This document shows, piece by piece, positions 52,997-62,393 of a DNA stretch of 64,000 nt. Each line of letters opens with the position of its first letter. Positions within the stretch are counted from its first letter, which is position 1. The translations under genes and the position numbers were made by a program. A model generated the notes under the pieces. It was not told where the DNA came from. It was given only the letters and a program-made list of their open reading frames with translations, and did not search any database. Source of the DNA: Candidatus Omnitrophota bacterium (GTDB lineage Bacteria; Omnitrophota; Gorgyraeia; DTHP01); the NCBI GenBank assembly GCA_023819145.1, contig JAMWCW010000001.1:2400-66399 (forward strand), given 5' to 3'.

Positions 52997-53488
52997 ATGC
53001 TTGATTACTTAGGGATATTTAGAGAACTTAATAAAGAAAAGATTAACTATATCTTAGTTGGTGGTTTGGCAGTCAACTTTTGGGGTATTCCCCGCATGAC
53101 CTACGATATTGATTTACTCCTTTATTTAGAGGATAAAAACTTAAAAAGATTTTTCCAATTGGTAAAAAAATGGGGGTTTAAACCAAAAGCGCCTGTAGAA
53201 TTAGAAGATTTCTTAGATAAGAAAAAAAGAGATTTCTGGATTAGAGATAAAAATATGAAAGCCTTTACCTTGGTTAATTCCCGATGGGCAATTTCTGAGA
53301 TTGATATAATCATTAATACTCCACTGGATTACAAGAAAGCAATTAAGAAAGTAAAAAAATTTGTTCTAAAAACAATACCCATACCTGTCATTTCTCTTGA
53401 GGATTTAATCAAGATGAAAGAGGGCTCAACGCGGCTTCAGGATAAAAATGATGTAAAGAATCTCAAAAAAATTTTAAGTAAAAGATGA
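52997..53488 (+). CDS. nucleotidyltransferase-fold protein (minimal Pol-beta-like NTase; possible toxin/antitoxin component)
   Basis: 'ILVGGLAVNFWGIPRMTYDIDLLL' fits the hG[GS]x9-13Dh[DE]h NTase signature. Basic, 163 aa. Confidence 0.45.
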   Translation: MLDYLGIFRELNKEKINYILVGGLAVNFWGIPRMTYDIDLLLYLEDKNLKRFFQLVKKWGFKPKAPVELEDFLDKKKRDFWIRDKNMKAFTLVNSRWAISEIDIIINTPLDYKKAIKKVKKFVLKTIPIPVISLEDLIKMKEGSTRLQDKNDVKNLKKILSKR

Positions 53489-53658
53489 AAATTGTAGGTT
53501 TTGGTTATCACTTAAGTCACAGAAAAATAAAAGAATACCAAAAAATGCCTTTAGAAAAAAGACTCCTCTGGCTTTACCAGGGAAATCTCTTGCGTAGGGC
53601 ATATCCTAAGCGTATTATTAAGATGCAGGATAAATTTCGCAAAGGAGAGATTTCGTAA
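53485..53658 (+). CDS. small basic protein (57 aa) overlapping the NTase gene by ATGA
   Basis: The ATG overlaps the TGA of the upstream gene (aagATGAaa). 'MKIVGFGYHLSHRKIKEYQKMPLEKRLLWLYQGNLLRRAYPKRIIKMQDKFRKGEIS'. Below the track size cut-off; no homology recognised. Confidence 0.25.
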   Translation: MKIVGFGYHLSHRKIKEYQKMPLEKRLLWLYQGNLLRRAYPKRIIKMQDKFRKGEIS

Positions 53659-53830
53659 TTTGTAACTCGTAATCCGCAATCGGTAATTAAGAAGCACAAA
53701 ACGAAATTAACAAGCTAAACGAAAATAACGAACATAACGAGTAAAACGGGATTTCGTAATTCGTAATTCGGCTGATTCGATATTTGTAAATTCGGGAAGT
53801 TCGTTAGTTCCGTAATCTGTCCCTAATGCA
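53651..53830. repeat. heptamer tandem arrays in alternating orientation (TTCGTAA-type, then AACGAA-type, then TTCGTAA-type)
   Basis: ttcgtaa tttgtaa ctcgtaa tccgcaa tcggtaa; then cgaaattaacaagctaaacgaaaataacgaacataacgag; then ttcgtaattcgtaattcggctgattcga...ccgtaat. Confidence 0.55.
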
Positions 53831-53908
53831 GTAACTACTTCTGTAGAACATCGGGATCCCGAAGCGATTATTAAATAAGCGAATTCATTTTGGATAAACT
53901 GTAATTTC

Positions 53909-53939
53909 TTGATAGTCGCATAATTTTGTGGTATATAAT
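53909..53939 (+). promoter_or_regulatory. promoter of the MNT/HEPN operon (TTGATA, 17 nt, TATATAAT)
   Basis: ttcTTGATAgtcgcataattttgtggTATATAATaataag. RBS AAGGAGG precedes the MNT start. Confidence 0.45.
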
Positions 53940-53968
53940 AATAAGCCAACCCAAGGAGGCTTTTAAGA

Positions 53969-54238
53969 ATGATATCCGATAAAGACAAAAACATAATTTT
54001 ACAAAATGCCAAGAAATATAAAGTTTCTCAGGTTATCTTATTTGGCTCATCTATTGCGGAGGGTATTGATGCTAATGATATAGATGTTGCTATAAAAGGT
54101 ATTGAGCGCCGCAAATTTTTCAAATTTTATGCCGAATTATTCAAAGCGCTATCAAAACCCGTAGACCTGATAGATTTATCAGAAAAATCCCTGTTTAACA
54201 AAATCATAGAAGAAACGGGAGTCAAGATTTATGGCTAA
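53969..54238 (+). CDS. MNT-type minimal nucleotidyltransferase (MntA-like antitoxin)
   Basis: 'VILFGSSIAEGIDANDIDVAIKG' is the GSx9-11DxD NTase motif. 89 aa. Overlaps the downstream HEPN gene by 8 nt. Confidence 0.7.
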   Translation: MISDKDKNIILQNAKKYKVSQVILFGSSIAEGIDANDIDVAIKGIERRKFFKFYAELFKALSKPVDLIDLSEKSLFNKIIEETGVKIYG

Positions 54239-54656
54239 TCTACCGAGACAGATTATCGCCGAGAAAGAGAATGTAGAGGAAGTGCTCAAGAATCTTAAGA
54301 TTGTTTTGTCAAGAAAGGATAAATCCATAGTTGAATTGGCTGCTCTTGCTACGTTTCTGCATAATATTTATAATGGCATAGAGAACATCTTAAAACAGAC
54401 CCTAAAGACAAAAGGTATTGATATTTCTAAATCGGAAACATGGCATAAAGAATTACTGAATATCTCGGTAAAATCTAAAATCATTACTCAAGCGCTTGCC
54501 GATAAATTGTTCGAGTACCTTACTTTTAGGCACTTCTTCATCCATTCCTATAGTTTGATGCTTGAGGAGGAAAAATTGGCAGATTTGACCAGTAATATGT
54601 CTTCTGTCTGGTTGGAGTTTATGCAGGAGATAGAGCAGTTTTTCCCTCTTCCTTAA
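54231..54656 (+). CDS. HEPN-domain protein (HepT-like toxin) with Rx4-6H motif
   Basis: 'LTFRHFFIHSY' contains R-x4-H. 141 aa, helical. Immediately follows and overlaps the MNT gene, the usual HepT/MntA arrangement. Confidence 0.6.
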   Translation: MANLPRQIIAEKENVEEVLKNLKIVLSRKDKSIVELAALATFLHNIYNGIENILKQTLKTKGIDISKSETWHKELLNISVKSKIITQALADKLFEYLTFRHFFIHSYSLMLEEEKLADLTSNMSSVWLEFMQEIEQFFPLP

Positions 54657-54960
54657 TTCGACTAATTCGTTGGTTGTAAATTTGAGAAATTCGTTAATTC
54701 CGTAATCGGTAAACTGTAATCGGTAATCCGTAATCAAAAAAGTGTAAAGTTTAAAGTGCAAAGCGTAAAACAAGCTCAACAAAATTAACTAACCAAACGA
54801 AAATAACGAAATTAACGAACCAACGAACCCAACGAAATTAACGAACCTAACGAGCCCAACGAACACAACGTCACCACCCCTTGAATATTTAAGGGAATCG
54901 TGTTATATTTAATATAGGGATTGAGAATTTGGAATTGGTAATTCGTAAAACTGACGATTG
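54654..54960. repeat. ~300-bp low-complexity region of heptamer tandem arrays: TTCGTAA/CGGTAAT-type (54654-54736), inverted TAACGAA-type (54795-54870), then TTCGTAA-type (54931-54960)
   Basis: aattcgactaattcgttggttgtaaatttgagaaattcgttaattccgtaatcggtaaactgtaatcggtaatccgtaatc; then aaacgaaaataacgaaattaacgaaccaacgaacccaacgaaattaacgaacctaacgagcccaacgaacacaacg. Confidence 0.55.
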
Positions 54961-54987
54961 ATAACTAAAAAAATAATTTTTGAGCCC

Positions 54988-55016
54988 TTGACAAAACTTA
55001 AAAAGCATGTTATATT
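54988..55016 (+). promoter_or_regulatory. extended -10 promoter (TTGACA, 17 nt, TGtTATATT)
   Basis: gagcccTTGACAaaacttaaaaagcaTGtTATATTtaat. Near-identical to the core of the 31908 promoter. Confidence 0.45.
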
Positions 55017-55195
55017 TAATTATAGAGAGGGAAATAAGCGTTCTTTGAAAAAGAGTTTATAAGGGGGTGAGAAAAAAATAAAAATTAAATATCAAAGATT
55101 TTAAATTCCATACTCGTGCATCGGCTGTTCCGACGCATTAAAATAAATTCTTAAAAATCGTTACCATTCGTGAATAAAAAAGAAGGAGGGAGAAG

Positions 55196-55660
55196 ATGAA
55201 AAAGATAATAGGAGGAGTGATCGTTGCAACAATAATATTAATTCCCCTGAATGTTTTAGCAGTTGAGGTAAGCAATACACAGTTTGGCGCGATGGTACAA
55301 GATAGCATTACAGAAACTACGATTCAAGGAATGCGAATAAGCGGTCCTCAATTAAGGGATCTGATTGTTCAGCCGCCAGCTTTTCTGCAGGCCGAAATTA
55401 ATGCTATCGTTGGAATATTTAATGCGATTGATATAGAGGGGCTTGCAAGCTCCGGTAAAACGGTCTCGGAGATAGTTAGTGAAAATCAGGCAGCATTAGA
55501 AGCAATAGTTAGACGATTACTAATAGCTCATGTCTTAAAGACAAAAGGTATCGCAAACCAAGCTGCTAAGCAAGAGGCAGAATTGGTTGTTAATGGGATT
55601 CTTCGAAGTGAAGCTGGCAGAGCTTTTCTCAATCAAACAATAACGAATTTAGTGGATTAG
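55196..55660 (+). CDS. small secreted alpha-helical protein (154 aa)
   Basis: RBS GAAGGAGGGAG. Signal peptide 'IIGGVIVATIILIPLNVLAVEV'. Confidence 0.45.
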   Translation: MKKIIGGVIVATIILIPLNVLAVEVSNTQFGAMVQDSITETTIQGMRISGPQLRDLIVQPPAFLQAEINAIVGIFNAIDIEGLASSGKTVSEIVSENQAALEAIVRRLLIAHVLKTKGIANQAAKQEAELVVNGILRSEAGRAFLNQTITNLVD

Positions 55661-55680
55661 ATTAGTTAATAAGAAGGGGG

Positions 55681-58600
55681 ATGTTTCCCTGTAAGAGGAT
55701 ATATCCCCTTTGCGTATGGACGATATTAATAAAATTTAAAAAGTTATTAATATTAATTAAGATGAAAACAATAGCTGTAAAAAGAAAACTGGTAGCCTTA
55801 GTCATTCTAGAAATTCTTCTATATAATCAGTTTGCTTTTGCATATGACCCAATAAAAGGATTTGTCCCATTTGAGCCGGTTATATCGGAAGGGAGAATTA
55901 ATGCAGGTGGTATAGATTATATAACGCAACCCTTTCTTCTTACTTTTCCTTACGTTCCAGCACCTGCTCAAGGTCCAAGCTACACAATAGGGGGAACTTT
56001 CGTCCTCCCATCTGTCGAACAACCTTATTCAATGATAGAGTTTGCAAAAATCATTGAACCGTCTTTTATCCCAGATTTATCATTTCTAAATTCATTAGGA
56101 AATAATCCAGATGTCTGGAAAGATGTTTTTAATTATGATGGCGGTCAATACCTCAATATGATTAATACTGCCCGAAGGTTATTTACAATGGATAAAGATT
56201 ATATTCCGATATTCCTATTTGAAGATTCTAGAAGAGTGAAAAACGTTTCCGAGTGGAAAAGTATGGTTTCGCGAGATGAGGCCTATTTACCCCACGAATT
56301 TTTTGGAGGCATTGTGGATTATGATGGTTTTTCGGCTGGATGGGAAAGAACCATAGAGATGGATAATGGTATGGTTCTCCAACAGCGAAAAACATTATTT
56401 CAGAAAGACAAGAAAAAATGGGATATATACGGATTTACCGATTTAGGAAATGGAGAAGAATTCTTTCTTATAATAGAACAAAATAATTTTGAATCATCTA
56501 TAACTTCTTATATTGCGGCCAGAACTCCCGGGAATGGGCTTACGCCAATATATGAATTCTGCAGGAAGAATTTCCAATTGAATAAACGCACATCCGGATA
56601 TGTAAATAGCTATGATACAGAGATCTTTATCAGGCCTCGCGGAGGAGGAAGACAAAATATTGGCTTGAAGGTTACCGTAGAAGGAAATGTTAATAAGAGG
56701 AGAACAGACGGTTCTATTTCCGAGTTTGATTACAGATTATTGACTGAAGGTAGCATATCTATTGATGGTAATAAAATCCCAATTAATAGCGTGGTAGAAT
56801 ACAGAGACGTATGTTTGGACGAGAGATTTTCCGTGCCATTTTCTTATAGGCAGTCCGGTTATTCAGAAGGGAATATGGGTTTAGATTTTGCGACCTATTT
56901 CAAAAGAATAAGTCTCAGCGAGGAATTATTTGTTGATTTTAAGATAGATGGTATAGTTGCTTCTGATCAAAGCCAGAAATCTATTACTTATGTTAGACAC
57001 TTTTCTGATTGGGATTTAATATTGGATATTTCCAACGTAGATCTTGATATGAAAACTATTTACAGTCTATCGCGCCAAGATTTACATGATATTTTTAATT
57101 CAAGTGCAAAAACCAATCTGAACCTGCGGAGTTCTTCAGGCGATAAGGCATATTCCCTTAGTTGGTACGGAACGTCATCTAGCATAAGCATGACGGGACA
57201 AAGTACCAAGATGATTGATCTAGGTTACAAAGCCACTTTGTCCAACTATACCATTTCTGTTGCCCAAAGAGCATCATTGTCTCTGGGTAATTTATTTAAT
57301 GAGGATTTTATGATAGATAGCTTTATAGCTAATTTAGAAAAAAATGTGCCTAATTTTAGCACAAATACACACACTGAGGTCATAAGCCAGACATTTAAGT
57401 CGGGGAATAAAGTAATTAGTATTAAAACGGCCTATCTAATTGATTTTAAAAATGGCCTTACGACAGTTCAGACTACAACAACAGAGATAGAAGCAAATGA
57501 TGAAGCTGAATATTTGAATAACCTGCTATCAGGCAATGGTGTAGTTAAAAGGATTTTATTGAAGAAATATTCCCAGTTGCCGACTAAGGTAGCGAATGGC
57601 ACATATCAGTACAATCAACTATCATCCAATAACGTAGTTTTATATGCTAACTATGTTGATAATGATGGAATTATTGACGGGGTATTACTTGATTATAATA
57701 AACAAACAGCGGAAATTCTCAGTTCTAAAGGCGAGGGTAACATTGGTTTTAGGCAATATAGTCGTTTACCTTTGAAATCCATATTGGGCGACAGCCTTTA
57801 TGAATTAAAACAATTAAAACAGTTTATAGAATCCTCCCCCGCGGGGATGGAGAAAGCGGGAATTTATAAATATGACCAGGATAACTACGCATTCCAGAAA
57901 CTGTGGGAAATAACCAAAGGAGAGGATGGCAGTTATACTTACTCTGTCCTGCCGGTACTTAATTTTCAGGAAGAAACCCCGTATTTGTATAATCTTCTAA
58001 AATATACGGGACAACTGGAAAAGTTTCTGAACGGTGAAGAAGTTACAATAGACCTCGTAAAAGAATTAAATGATAGAGCAAAAGAAATTGGAGCAGGCAG
58101 AGATAAGGCAAACGGATTTATTCATAGTCTCATCGAATTCTGGGGTAACTATAGGAGAGTTTTATTCAACGAAATGAGTCTTTTGGGAGCCAGCGTTGTT
58201 AATGGTTACAACGGATCTGATTCCCGGGATTTTGTTCTTAAGATAAAATTAGGAGATGTAAGTACTTTAAGTAGCTTAAGGGAGAAGAAAAGGATAACCG
58301 TCATGCCACTATTCGAGGAGGTGAGCGGAATAACTATTATTGAACAGGGGACGGAGATGGGTTCGGTATTAAAGAGAATAGTCCTCAAATCCTCAATGCC
58401 ACCCCAACCTAAAGATTACTTTGACTTCCTATATAATTATTACTTAACCCATACCGTGGAACGGGAAAGGTGGCAAGAAGGTTACGTTATAAATAACGGG
58501 ATTGAGGAAGTTTATGATTCCCAAAACAGACTGAGGATTCGTCTGCGAATACAAGATGGAAGGGTTGTTGATATAGAATATCCAAATCCAAATATAGAAT

Positions 58601-60909
58601 CATCCCCAGTTTTGAAGTTTATCAATGGTGATATCGTGCAGCCGGGATGGAATTCAATCTATGCTTTGTTAGGGAAAGAATATATAATGGGTGCTTTGAG
58701 GCATTTAGATGAAGAAATAGGAAAATTTACAGGAAAATATAGAGGCGTAGAAGGCTTAAAATTAGCCGAGGAAGAAGGCGTAATTTCGGATTACATAGTT
58801 CCGTTATTTGGCCCTGCGGGGAAAATTATGAAGATTAGTCCGGAAACCCTGTTAATAATTTTAGGGAACGCAATAATCATTAATAGGATAGGAAAGATGA
58901 TAGCATTTGAACTTGTTGAAGAGGATGGTAAATATAGAGTAAATATTACATTGAGAGATTCTAACAGAATTATAGAGGCAAAAAGCGGTTTATTACCACC
59001 CGCTATGCTAGACCCCGAAGCTTGGGGCCCCTCGGTTTATAGATTTATGGGTTGTACCCGTGGTTTTGTAGATATGCTCAGCAAAGGATCCGATGTATAC
59101 TTAAGCAACATAAAAGATATGTTAGTTTTTCTGCAAAGTTTTGTTACCGAAGGTGGTCCGGGAGGAGACAACCCATTTTCTTCATGCAATATGTTAGAAT
59201 ACCCCAATGATGATTATTTCAGGTTTCAGGAATATGGTTTAAACGAGAGCACGATGGCATTGGGGATTTCGGAGCAGTTTTTTAATAAAATAAGTGAATT
59301 CAACTATTATTGCAATATTTCAAAAGTTGCAGACCAAATAAAGGATAAGAGGAATGAGTGGATTACCCTTCCTTCCGCTGGTAGCCTTTCGGATATATTA
59401 GGAAGTTATTCCTTAGAAGGTTTTAGGATATTAAATGATTGTATTTCCGGTTTAGTATTGGGGGGTAAAGGAACTGGTTCTGCCGCTTTTAGAGTGGGCG
59501 CTTCAAAAATTTATATGGTTGATTCTGCAATAGCATACGATGAAAACGGCATCGGAGATTTGACTTACATAAATCCATATACAACAGAATTTGAATTCGG
59601 TGATGATAAACCACATCCTCCAGACATGTATCGTCCCGCAAACAAAGATGGTTTCATACAGTGGGTTAACTCAATACTTTCAAAAGAGCTTCAACGGGAG
59701 GACGAGGTCACGAGAAGCAGGATTTTTGATGCTTTATGGGAAGTTTATCAGTTTGCCAAAAGAGAACATAATATGGGTATATTTTATTATTATTTGAGGG
59801 GGGCAGGCAATAGTGGATATGAAAGCGGAACAGAGATGTCCAGGTTGATGGTTGCGGCCGATGCCGAAGGCCAAGAAGGGCCTTTGCACGATGTTGCAAC
59901 TATTATGACTATCAGGGATGGCAGACATACCAGCAAGCCAAATATTGCAAAATATTTTGGCATCTGGAGAGATTATTTTAAATATCTAGTGTTTCCAGAA
60001 ATGGGAGATAGCTGGGAACCTGCAAGCGGACAGCTTGTTCTTAAATCTAATGAAATAAAGGTGAGCTGGGATTTAATTGGGGCAGTTGCTGCTACGGTGG
60101 CAGTGTACATTTTGGATAGAACAGGAGTATTGGATCACACAATTCTTCCATGGATTAGTGCAAAGCTAGCATCAGCCGGCTTGGGCGGGGTTGCCAAAGT
60201 AATTGGATGGGGTGTTAAAGCAGGCGTGGGTGGCATAAGAGGCAGTAGCATATTTACTTTTTTCTGGGGTTTACCCCTTATGTTTGGCCAGTCAGGAAGC
60301 GTAAATTTTACAACTTGGTTTAATTCACTAGGCGCTCAATTCTGGACTGGTTTTATGTATTCAGTGCTGTTCGGTTTGTTTTTTACGCCTGCGCAGTTGG
60401 GCATTGGAGACATGGCTCCACTTATAAGCTGGGTGGGAAGGCCTTTTTCATGGGCATTAGAACGCATAGGAGGTAGCATATCACCATATAGCTCTGCGTT
60501 AGGCAGTATGTTTAATTTTGGGGCTAAGAGTATCAGGGCTCTGCTCAGCTACGGAAACGCTTTACAAGGCCTTATTCAAGGACCCAGAGGCGCTAGTTTA
60601 ACTAACTGGAGGTATATATTATACTATCATCCCACTGAACTAATGGAAGAAACACTAATACCTGCCGCTATTAAAACCATGTTTAGAGATGGCTCACAAA
60701 ATCTATTGTTTGCCTCCTCGCCCATGGTTAGAACAATTAGAAATCTCGCTATCGCGAACTTGATTAATACCGAGACATTTGGTGGCATGGCCGAGATGCT
60801 CGATTTTTTTGAGAATCCCTTGGGCTTAGTTCTACTTCCTGGAATAATGAAGATTTTTAGAAATTATGGATGGTCAGGAGTTGTGGGTCTTCGAGTTCCA
60901 ACTGATTAG
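55681..60909 (+). CDS. very large protein (1742 aa; alternative start ~55762 gives 1715 aa) with C-terminal Gly-rich hydrophobic/TM segments
   Basis: Uninterrupted 5.2-kb ORF. Signal/TM-like 'LVALVILEILLYNQFAFA' after the internal Met at 55762. C-terminal 'LASAGLGGVAKVIGWGVKAGVGGIRGSSIFTFFWGLPLMFG...' suggests membrane insertion. Confidence 0.55.
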   Translation: MFPCKRIYPLCVWTILIKFKKLLILIKMKTIAVKRKLVALVILEILLYNQFAFAYDPIKGFVPFEPVISEGRINAGGIDYITQPFLLTFPYVPAPAQGPSYTIGGTFVLPSVEQPYSMIEFAKIIEPSFIPDLSFLNSLGNNPDVWKDVFNYDGGQYLNMINTARRLFTMDKDYIPIFLFEDSRRVKNVSEWKSMVSRDEAYLPHEFFGGIVDYDGFSAGWERTIEMDNGMVLQQRKTLFQKDKKKWDIYGFTDLGNGEEFFLIIEQNNFESSITSYIAARTPGNGLTPIYEFCRKNFQLNKRTSGYVNSYDTEIFIRPRGGGRQNIGLKVTVEGNVNKRRTDGSISEFDYRLLTEGSISIDGNKIPINSVVEYRDVCLDERFSVPFSYRQSGYSEGNMGLDFATYFKRISLSEELFVDFKIDGIVASDQSQKSITYVRHFSDWDLILDISNVDLDMKTIYSLSRQDLHDIFNSSAKTNLNLRSSSGDKAYSLSWYGTSSSISMTGQSTKMIDLGYKATLSNYTISVAQRASLSLGNLFNEDFMIDSFIANLEKNVPNFSTNTHTEVISQTFKSGNKVISIKTAYLIDFKNGLTTVQTTTTEIEANDEAEYLNNLLSGNGVVKRILLKKYSQLPTKVANGTYQYNQLSSNNVVLYANYVDNDGIIDGVLLDYNKQTAEILSSKGEGNIGFRQYSRLPLKSILGDSLYELKQLKQFIESSPAGMEKAGIYKYDQDNYAFQKLWEITKGEDGSYTYSVLPVLNFQEETPYLYNLLKYTGQLEKFLNGEEVTIDLVKELNDRAKEIGAGRDKANGFIHSLIEFWGNYRRVLFNEMSLLGASVVNGYNGSDSRDFVLKIKLGDVSTLSSLREKKRITVMPLFEEVSGITIIEQGTEMGSVLKRIVLKSSMPPQPKDYFDFLYNYYLTHTVERERWQEGYVINNGIEEVYDSQNRLRIRLRIQDGRVVDIEYPNPNIESSPVLKFINGDIVQPGWNSIYALLGKEYIMGALRHLDEEIGKFTGKYRGVEGLKLAEEEGVISDYIVPLFGPAGKIMKISPETLLIILGNAIIINRIGKMIAFELVEEDGKYRVNITLRDSNRIIEAKSGLLPPAMLDPEAWGPSVYRFMGCTRGFVDMLSKGSDVYLSNIKDMLVFLQSFVTEGGPGGDNPFSSCNMLEYPNDDYFRFQEYGLNESTMALGISEQFFNKISEFNYYCNISKVADQIKDKRNEWITLPSAGSLSDILGSYSLEGFRILNDCISGLVLGGKGTGSAAFRVGASKIYMVDSAIAYDENGIGDLTYINPYTTEFEFGDDKPHPPDMYRPANKDGFIQWVNSILSKELQREDEVTRSRIFDALWEVYQFAKREHNMGIFYYYLRGAGNSGYESGTEMSRLMVAADAEGQEGPLHDVATIMTIRDGRHTSKPNIAKYFGIWRDYFKYLVFPEMGDSWEPASGQLVLKSNEIKVSWDLIGAVAATVAVYILDRTGVLDHTILPWISAKLASAGLGGVAKVIGWGVKAGVGGIRGSSIFTFFWGLPLMFGQSGSVNFTTWFNSLGAQFWTGFMYSVLFGLFFTPAQLGIGDMAPLISWVGRPFSWALERIGGSISPYSSALGSMFNFGAKSIRALLSYGNALQGLIQGPRGASLTNWRYILYYHPTELMEETLIPAAIKTMFRDGSQNLLFASSPMVRTIRNLAIANLINTETFGGMAEMLDFFENPLGLVLLPGIMKIFRNYGWSGVVGLRVPTD

Positions 60910-60917
60910 GTAAACCT

Positions 60918-62393
60918 ATGAAAATAAAGCTTCTTATTCCAGCCTTATCTTTAATATTATTATTTATTACCAGCAGTCCTTCTTCTGCGGAGACGGAACG
61001 GGTGGCACATGAAGATGCGGACTTATTAAACAAATACATTCATATAATGCAAGAAAAATCTCTTTATTTAAAGGGAATTCCTTCCTCTGATATCAACATA
61101 AAATTACCCGTTGATGTAAATTGTGAATATTTAAATTCTTTCTTAGGTGAAATTAGGAGAAAAGGATTACCAATAGGAGCATATAAATTGGATAAAACAA
61201 ATGATATTGAGAAATTGCCTCCTCCTTTTTTAACGTATTTAAATGGTTCTGGCTGGGTTATTGTAGTAGATAAATCGTTATCCGGCTATATCATCAAAGA
61301 TAATAAAACAGGCGTAAGTCGAGAGATTTCACAGAGTAAATTTATAAGCAGTTGGGTTAATATTATTTTATCTCCCTTGTTGTGTGGTACATGGTTGTGG
61401 CAGTACTGCCAAACAGAAAAAGAGGCAAACGATTTTTATATTATTTATTCCTATCATGATGAAGATTTTGATAGTATTAGGAAAGCCTTAGATGAGATTA
61501 TGGACTTAGCAACAAAGAAAGGCAGAAGGTTAGTATATATAGACGAATTGGGTTTGATTCCGCTTGATACAGTAAATAACTATATAAAAATTTATGGCTT
61601 ATCCGAAAAGGAAGCATTTGATAAGATAAAAATCGCCATATCAGAAGAGAATAAGAATATAGAGAAAGGTATCCCGCTCTATGATTCTTTAGATACTTAC
61701 AGTAAAATTTATAACTATTTAGCGGAACATAAAATAAAAGTAATTACAGAAGATTTAGAATATATTAATTGGCGTAAGATAGTTTTGCTAGATTATTTAA
61801 ATAATCTGCAGTTTGCGGTTCGTTCATTCTTTTGCGGGAACATAGACCTTTATCTAGATTTTATTAAAGACTACAATTATGGTTACTGGGAGTATAACAT
61901 AAAAGAGAGAGACAACAATTTTATCCAACAAATAGAGGCTGTTATAAAAGATAATCCTGAGGACTTATTTTTTACTATTAGAGGAATTGGACATTCTGGT
62001 TTAGAAGAGATGTTGACCAAAAGAGGGTTTCAAGTCAAGTTTATTGTCCTTGGAGAAGGATTTACAATCAATAATCTTACATATAAACATTTTATTCAAT
62101 TGTGCAATAATATAAATGTATATCTTGGCGATGATAAACAGCTATATATCTTTAGCCTTGTTCAAGAATATTTACGGAACTATTTCTTCATATTTAGGAA
62201 ATTGAATTCTAGAATTGCAGTAATAGAGGCCAATAAGCTAATTGAGAAAATAAATGTAGATGATATCTTAGCTTTAAGCAAAGCTATTTATGAAAGCATT
62301 AAAGATTCCGGATTGTTACAGGATGAGCAGAAAGTTTCCAAATATATATATGATTGGGTTGTTTCAAAGATCGGAATTATAAATAAAGAATGA
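60918..62393 (+). CDS. secreted protein (491 aa), paralog A of a tandem pair; C39-like papain-fold domain apparently lacking catalytic Cys/His (tentative)
   Basis: Signal peptide 'LLIPALSLILLFITSSPSSA'. Shares 'YIDELGLIP', 'EKEAFDKI', 'INWRKIV', 'GYWEYNIKERDNNF', 'RGIGHSGLEE' with the next ORF. Confidence 0.45.
   Translation: MKIKLLIPALSLILLFITSSPSSAETERVAHEDADLLNKYIHIMQEKSLYLKGIPSSDINIKLPVDVNCEYLNSFLGEIRRKGLPIGAYKLDKTNDIEKLPPPFLTYLNGSGWVIVVDKSLSGYIIKDNKTGVSREISQSKFISSWVNIILSPLLCGTWLWQYCQTEKEANDFYIIYSYHDEDFDSIRKALDEIMDLATKKGRRLVYIDELGLIPLDTVNNYIKIYGLSEKEAFDKIKIAISEENKNIEKGIPLYDSLDTYSKIYNYLAEHKIKVITEDLEYINWRKIVLLDYLNNLQFAVRSFFCGNIDLYLDFIKDYNYGYWEYNIKERDNNFIQQIEAVIKDNPEDLFFTIRGIGHSGLEEMLTKRGFQVKFIVLGEGFTINNLTYKHFIQLCNNINVYLGDDKQLYIFSLVQEYLRNYFFIFRKLNSRIAVIEANKLIEKINVDDILALSKAIYESIKDSGLLQDEQKVSKYIYDWVVSKIGIINKE

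Noticed and set aside
53707-54782. Minus-strand ORFs 53707-54012 and 54453-54782 overlapping the TA genes and repeats
   Set aside because: Their translations are dominated by periodic residues ('ITDYRLQFTDYG') produced by the heptamer repeats, and they run antisense to the MNT/HEPN genes, which have clear motifs, promoter and RBS.
52921-54960. Whether the heptamer arrays could be a CRISPR array
   Set aside because: The repeat unit is 7 bp and degenerate, with no unique spacers of 25-40 bp and no cas genes. This is not a CRISPR architecture.
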